From positions 1,088,001 through 1,152,000 of the forward strand of contig CAVYGN010000002.1 of NCBI GenBank assembly GCA_963768055.1: 64,000 bases of DNA, in the 5' to 3' direction. The stretch is from an uncultured Spirochaetota bacterium. Its GTDB lineage: Bacteria; Spirochaetota; Brevinematia; Brevinematales; JAOACQ01. Both the position numbers and the translations under genes were made by a program. Below are positions 59,140-64,000 of the stretch, piece by piece. The notes beneath the pieces were generated by a model. The model ran no database searches and was not told where the DNA came from. It saw only the letters and a program-made list of their open reading frames with translations. Within the stretch, counting starts at the first letter, position 1. Every line of letters starts with the position of its first letter.

Positions 59140-59448
59140 CTATTTAAAATTTTCTTCCTTCGATAATGCTTCACCTATTTTATGGCTACATTCAAGGCTG
59201 CAAGCTATTATGGAACCATCTTTACCTTCTTTTAAAGCCGCTGAATTTTTGCCAGCAAGAAACACAACAAATTTCTTATTTAAAGGTTTTAATGTCATTT
59301 CAAATGCCATTCCCTCATATCCTTTAAATGCATCTTTTATGCGGGATTTAAAAGGAACAGAGTAAAATCCTTTGCTTTTTGTTTTTCCTCCGCACCATGA
59401 GCATTTTTTCATAGCTTCCATAGGGTCATCGACAAAATAATCAGGCAT
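59140..59448 (-). CDS. Small putative zinc-binding protein
   Basis: CSWC ... CSLEC. Confidence 0.6.
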   Translation of the reverse strand: MPDYFVDDPMEAMKKCSWCGGKTKSKGFYSVPFKSRIKDAFKGYEGMAFEMTLKPLNKKFVVFLAGKNSAALKEGKDGSIIACSLECSHKIGEALSKEENFK

Positions 59449-60174
59449 TTAATTATATCCTTTTTTCCCAATACCATTTTTATTTATTTCAATAAACAAC
59501 TTTCGAGCAATACTGGATGTCGCTGGATGTGATTTACCTATTTGTATCAGAAGAAAATAACATAAGAGAGCTTGATCAATCATTTTTGCATATAGATAAT
59601 ACTCACATACTATTGCATAAAAGGCGATTACCTCGCTGGTATGAAATACTTTTTTGGATTCTGGAAAATGCTGATAGATTTCTAATTTGTTATCTAATGC
59701 TTCGGGTATTTTATCCATTTCGTTATTATGAATATAATATTCAGCCAATGACATTTTACCAAACAGGTAGTTGGTGAATTTTACTCTTATTTCTTTTATA
59801 ACTTCCAATTGCTTCTCTCTCATACTGAGCATATTGTAGACATTGCATAGATAATTGTATATGACAGGGACTTTAGGATACATATTTTTTAAATTTTTCA
59901 ATTGAATTATTGTCTTATTATTTATGGAATCCATATTTTTATAAATATTGGTCAGTTCTTTTTTTATCGAATCTGGTAATTTTGAAAAATTCTCTTCAAC
60001 AATGGGTTCATTAGTAATAGTGATATCTTTGTCGAAGGGGATAACTCCTTTCTTTTTTTCTATTTTTTCAATTAAATCTTCTGGCTTGTAATGGGATAAA
60101 TATTTGTGAAAATCAATGTCATCTTGATCGGCTATTAAATCCTTCATAATATCAGTTGTTTTATAATTCGGCAT
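59449..60174 (-). CDS. Hypothetical TPR-like protein
   Basis: YPKVPVIYNYLCNVY, YLFGKMSLAEYY helical repeats. Confidence 0.6.
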   Translation of the reverse strand: MPNYKTTDIMKDLIADQDDIDFHKYLSHYKPEDLIEKIEKKKGVIPFDKDITITNEPIVEENFSKLPDSIKKELTNIYKNMDSINNKTIIQLKNLKNMYPKVPVIYNYLCNVYNMLSMREKQLEVIKEIRVKFTNYLFGKMSLAEYYIHNNEMDKIPEALDNKLEIYQHFPESKKVFHTSEVIAFYAIVCEYYLYAKMIDQALLCYFLLIQIGKSHPATSSIARKLFIEINKNGIGKKGYN

Positions 60175-60176
60175 AT

Positions 60177-60497
60177 CTATTCCTTCCCTCTCACTCCCTC
60201 TTTCATTTCCCTTCCAGGCTTGAAGTATGCAATTTTCCGTGGCGAGACTTTTACCACTGCTCCAGTCTTCGGGTTTCTTGCTATCCTGGCTTTTCTTTGC
60301 TTAACGCCAAAGGTGCCTAAACCCCTTAGCTCAATTCTGTCTTTTGCATCCAGTTTCTCAATAGAGCCCTTAAGTTTCTCTATGAATTTGGAAATGATGG
60401 TTGAGACTTCTTTCCTGGATAATCCAACTTTTTTGACCTCAGAATCTTCAAGAACTAACTCAACAAGTTCAAGTTTTGTGAAAGCACTTTTAGGCAT
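60177..60497 (-). CDS. HU/IHF family DNA-binding protein
   Basis: IELRGLGTF, RIARNPKTG, FKPGREMK. Confidence 0.92.
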   Translation of the reverse strand: MPKSAFTKLELVELVLEDSEVKKVGLSRKEVSTIISKFIEKLKGSIEKLDAKDRIELRGLGTFGVKQRKARIARNPKTGAVVKVSPRKIAYFKPGREMKEGVRGKE

Positions 60498-60506
60498 AAA
60501 ATTACC

Positions 60507-60692
60507 TTATTTCCGCTCAGATAAAAGAACACCGCCTACACCTATACTTTCGACATCATACTCATTAATCAGTACAGTAAATGCCTGGGCGGGGATATTG
60601 GTTATTTCAACCATTGTTTTTGTCAGCTTCTCGATTATCTCTTTCTTCTTTTCTTTTGTTTGATGGGTCATTTCAACTTTTATTACTGGCAT
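60507..60692 (-). CDS. 4-oxalocrotonate tautomerase family protein
   Basis: N-terminal MP, KEKKKEII, IGVGG, 61 aa. Confidence 0.88.
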   Translation of the reverse strand: MPVIKVEMTHQTKEKKKEIIEKLTKTMVEITNIPAQAFTVLINEYDVESIGVGGVLLSERK

Positions 60693-60824
60693 TTGTAGCT
60701 CCTTGTTTTGATAGGGTATTATATAATAAAGGGCGAAGGGGGTAAAGAAAAGATAGTAATAGGTTTAAAATGAAAATTTTAAATGAACCTGTTAAGGGGA
60801 TAAGGTTGTATATAGATAATACCA

Positions 60825-61415
60825 TTATTTTACTATTCTTATTTTTTGAGACAATAATGCTGTTGATATTGGTTCGGATTGCTTCGGATCACTTTTCTTT
60901 CCATACCATATTTTAACAATAATATCATATTTGCCTTCTTCAGCATTAATTGGAAAAGTAAAAGATCTTTTTAAAACAGTAATTGCTACAGGTAGAACTA
61001 TAACAACTATATCTTCTTGAACATTCCAGTATTCATGTCCTTTTATATCAGCAGATACACCGACCCATAAGGGACATTCATAAGAAGTAGCATTTTTAAT
61101 AGTAATTTCAATTTCACAAGTTTTCCCTTGCTGTAATAACTCTTTATTACAATTAACTTGCTTAATACTAATACCATTTTTAATTGTTGTTAGATATTCA
61201 ATAAAACTTTTTAATTCATTTCGACTTGATTGTGTATAACCTTGATATTGTCCAATTTGGAAGGCAAGTATTATTATCGTTAATGATCCAGAAATATAAC
61301 CGATAATAATCCAAAAGTTCCTTTTCCAAATTCTATTTTTTAAGACTATTTCTTTTTCTCGTAATAATTTAGAATCTTTTGAGTTTTTATTAAAATCAAG
61401 ATTATTTTTCCCCAT
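60825..61415 (-). CDS. Hypothetical single-TM protein with Ig-like C-terminal domain
   Basis: One TM segment, beta-rich tail GKYDIIVKIW. Confidence 0.6.
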   Translation of the reverse strand: MGKNNLDFNKNSKDSKLLREKEIVLKNRIWKRNFWIIIGYISGSLTIIILAFQIGQYQGYTQSSRNELKSFIEYLTTIKNGISIKQVNCNKELLQQGKTCEIEITIKNATSYECPLWVGVSADIKGHEYWNVQEDIVVIVLPVAITVLKRSFTFPINAEEGKYDIIVKIWYGKKSDPKQSEPISTALLSQKIRIVK

Positions 61416-61419
61416 ATAT

Positions 61420-62211
61420 TTATTTACCTCTTAAATATTTAATCATTCTATCAACAATTTTGAATTCAAATATATTCTTATTATAAAAGAAATTATCTTT
61501 AAGAAATTCAGTGTTTATTTTAAATAGTCCAATAGCAATTGATATATATAAATCAAAATTCATTATTAAATTTTCAGAACATTCATCATAGAGTTCAGTG
61601 TGAAACGTTGGTTCATGATCTAAATAAAAGGGACATATATTTTTTTCCCAATATCTGAATGGATGAGCCCATGAATTCAATTTTTTCCATAACTTTTTTA
61701 AATATTTTTTTTCATTGGAATTTAAATATTGAATTGAATCAATTTTATCCCCCATACTATCATTATTGTTAACTATCCAATTAATTAATAACTCAAATAT
61801 GCTACGTAATAGAATATTTGCACTTAAATAAGATGCTGATAATATACTTATTATTATCCAGTTTAATTCTCTGTTTACATAAAATATAATTTCTTTCTTT
61901 AATACTGCCTCATCAATAAATTTATCAAACACATTATCTTTTATATCATTATCTAAATAGCCCTGACCCATCTTTAATAATTTGTCTTTCCCATAAATAT
62001 TAATATTATTAGCAATAACACTATCATTGATAACTTCATTACTTTTAAGGATATTTTCTTTTAATAAATTTAAAATTACTAACAATGAGGGCAACTTAAT
62101 ATTTCTAATAGGATCTTTTATTATGAGTTCTTTTATTGGATCATTTACATTCTTTGCGATATAATCCATTGTAAAATCATAGATTTTTTTTGATTTTGAA
62201 TCCATATACAA
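61420..62211 (-). CDS. Hypothetical protein, possibly HEPN-like
   Basis: ILLRSIFE and LWKKLNSWAHP. Confidence 0.55.
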   Translation of the reverse strand: MYMDSKSKKIYDFTMDYIAKNVNDPIKELIIKDPIRNIKLPSLLVILNLLKENILKSNEVINDSVIANNINIYGKDKLLKMGQGYLDNDIKDNVFDKFIDEAVLKKEIIFYVNRELNWIIISILSASYLSANILLRSIFELLINWIVNNNDSMGDKIDSIQYLNSNEKKYLKKLWKKLNSWAHPFRYWEKNICPFYLDHEPTFHTELYDECSENLIMNFDLYISIAIGLFKINTEFLKDNFFYNKNIFEFKIVDRMIKYLRGK

Positions 62212-62254
62212 AAATCCTTCAATTATTTAGATTATTTATGTTTAAAATTAATAT

Positions 62255-63424
62255 TTAAATTAATAAATCATACTTATGTCTAATTGAATTTAAAAAATCA
62301 TCATAAAATATAATTTGAACATTTTTTAATGAACTTGATAATATTTTAAAACAATCAATCATTTTTGTGTTTGTTAATTCTTCCCTTTTACCAATAAGAA
62401 CAAATCCTTTCGGTCTTACAATCTTTAGATCATATCCTTTATCATGAAACATTTTAATTACAGTATTAGCATTATTTTCAATTTCATAAATATATTTTTC
62501 AACCTGGGCTATTGCTTTAATTGAGTTTTCTGACCAATAATAGTTATCATGACTTCTATCATGTTTAAGGCAACTAAAATCAGGGCGTTTTATTTCAAAA
62601 ATATCAATACATTGAAACTGGTCAACCAATAAAAAATCTGGTATAGATAAGGTTATTGAAATATTCGTTTTATCAAGCAATAAGATATAAGATGAATTAA
62701 AAAATAAAAGATTTTTCTTGAAAAATATTTGCCATTCATTTTCATTCTGTTTAGTTTTCTTTAAAAGTTTTTCATATTCATTTATTATTGATGAAAGTTT
62801 AATACTATTAACCTTTTTTCCAATATCAACAAAAAGCAACTTGTCTAAAACCGACTTTTTTAGGACAACCGATTTTTCCATTAATGATGGGATAATTCGG
62901 GCAATACTACTCATATCTTCAACAGATAATTTATCAGTTATATTATCAACATCCAATGTTTTACTTATTGTATTTTTTTTATATTCAATTTTATTTTCTA
63001 CTTTGAAAGATTTTGGAAACAATTTGTTTAATTGATAATTATTAATTTCTCTTAATCTAATTGAATTTTCCATATAAATTTCATTACAGATAGAAACAAT
63101 TGATTCATAATCATCTTTATTAAAAACTATCTTTATATTTTTTAGATGACCACTAATTTTTGATTCAGAAAAGGTGTCAACAACTATAGAATCTACAACC
63201 TGAAAAGTATCTTTAATTATATAGAAAAAATATTTTAATGCCCTTGAAAATCCAAATCCATTTCTATTAAGACAAGAAGGTTTTTTTGTATATCCTTTAA
63301 ATAATAGAGTTTTGATAACTTTATATTGGTCTCCTTCTGAAATGAAAAAATATTCATAAGTCTTATTAATTTTATCTATTTTCCATACAACATTTCCTTT
63401 TTGTCCCTTTATTTCTTGTATCAT
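62255..63424 (-). CDS. sduA: Shedu anti-phage nuclease (DUF4263)
   Basis: ENEWQIFF, PDFL, IFEIKRP, AIAQVEKY, LIGK, YDD; start re-placed at ATG 63424 (SD AAGGAG). Confidence 0.85.
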   Translation of the reverse strand: MIQEIKGQKGNVVWKIDKINKTYEYFFISEGDQYKVIKTLLFKGYTKKPSCLNRNGFGFSRALKYFFYIIKDTFQVVDSIVVDTFSESKISGHLKNIKIVFNKDDYESIVSICNEIYMENSIRLREINNYQLNKLFPKSFKVENKIEYKKNTISKTLDVDNITDKLSVEDMSSIARIIPSLMEKSVVLKKSVLDKLLFVDIGKKVNSIKLSSIINEYEKLLKKTKQNENEWQIFFKKNLLFFNSSYILLLDKTNISITLSIPDFLLVDQFQCIDIFEIKRPDFSCLKHDRSHDNYYWSENSIKAIAQVEKYIYEIENNANTVIKMFHDKGYDLKIVRPKGFVLIGKREELTNTKMIDCFKILSSSLKNVQIIFYDDFLNSIRHKYDLLI

Positions 63425-63739
63425 GTTTTCTCCTTCGATTTTGTAATAAAAAAATCGGGAAAAACCCAAATAATTTGGAATAATATACAAAAATAAAGCA
63501 AAATATTCTGTTAATTATAATATTATTTTAAAATTATGCAATAAGTTAACAAATATTTTGTGTAATATTAAGGTACTACCAGATATGAAACCTTTGTCCA
63601 GAATTTAGACAAAGTGAATTATTACCAGGATAAGAAAACAGGCTAACACTACCAGTCAGCCTTCTTATTAAATTTCCTTATTCCACCTTCTGTGTCTGCT
63701 CAGCTTCCCCTTCCGCTTTCTTCACTTTAAACTTTTCTT

Positions 63740-63985
63740 CTACTTCCTCGATCCCCTCTTTTTCGGTGTCATCATCATCTTTAATTCAGCTTTCAAATTA
63801 TCAAGGGTCATTCCCTCAAAATTGTTTTCAAATGCTTCTCTTACAAATGCGCCGATTTTTGGGTCAATCTTAAGCCATTTCTTATCTGCTTTTTTAGCTT
63901 CTAATGCCTGTTTTTGTTTTAGTGCTTTAATTTTCTCATTGTAAATTTTAATCATTTCCTCGGGTGTTCTTCTTTTGCCTGGCAT
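63740..63985 (-). CDS. Small basic hypothetical protein
   Basis: SD AAGGAG, 81-aa Lys-rich ORF. Confidence 0.6.
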   Translation of the reverse strand: MPGKRRTPEEMIKIYNEKIKALKQKQALEAKKADKKWLKIDPKIGAFVREAFENNFEGMTLDNLKAELKMMMTPKKRGSRK

Positions 63986-64000
63986 ATCCCATCTCCTTAA

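Larger units (their letters stand above)
41671..64000. mobile_element. Integrative genomic/defence island at tRNA-Ser, right end outside the window
   Basis: Integrase directly after the tRNA, abrupt shift to AT-richer DNA, phage-type recombination genes, defence genes and IS scars. Confidence 0.85.

Noticed and set aside
63678..63785. Programmed frameshift giving an acidic tail (KDDDDTEKEGIEEVEEKF...) on the last ORF
   Set aside because: No convincing slippery site; the purine-rich low-complexity sequence gives plausible-looking frames by chance
41671..64000. Complete prophage
   Set aside because: No terminase, capsid, tail or lysis genes are recognisable within the window

Overview
Two-part window, most likely from a spirochaete chromosome (inferred from the spirochaete-type insertions in GAPDH and PGK). 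1-41.7 kb is mostly housekeeping (ybeY, gltA, phosphoglucomutase, rlmD-like, gap-pgk-tpiA, manC, ilvB with a leader-peptide attenuator, paaK, metF). It also holds two accessory loci: (i) three tandem ankyrin-caspase (peptidase C14) lipoprotein paralogues plus a DUF4384-like gene; (ii) a membrane-anchored LuxR regulator followed by a direct-repeat operator, an unannotated 51-aa peptide and a divergent lipid-A-acyltransferase-fold enzyme, which is my best candidate for an undescribed acylated-peptide (RiPP or signalling) system. From tRNA-Ser(GGA) at 41586-41670 to the window end lies a visibly AT-richer integrative island. It carries an atypical tyrosine integrase, a recombination/establishment operon (degenerate amidoligase-like, DUF932-like, RecT/Bet, Gp157, two micro membrane proteins) and a defence cluster (Mrr-like REase-nSTAND NTPase, Type IIG-like R-M, TcmP + radical SAM, Shedu). 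There are IS256, IS21 and hsdS remnants, and three defence-associated genes each appear to carry a single C-to-T lesion on the + strand. No attR copy, phage structural genes or CRISPR array were seen. All family assignments come from motif recognition by eye, not from database searches.
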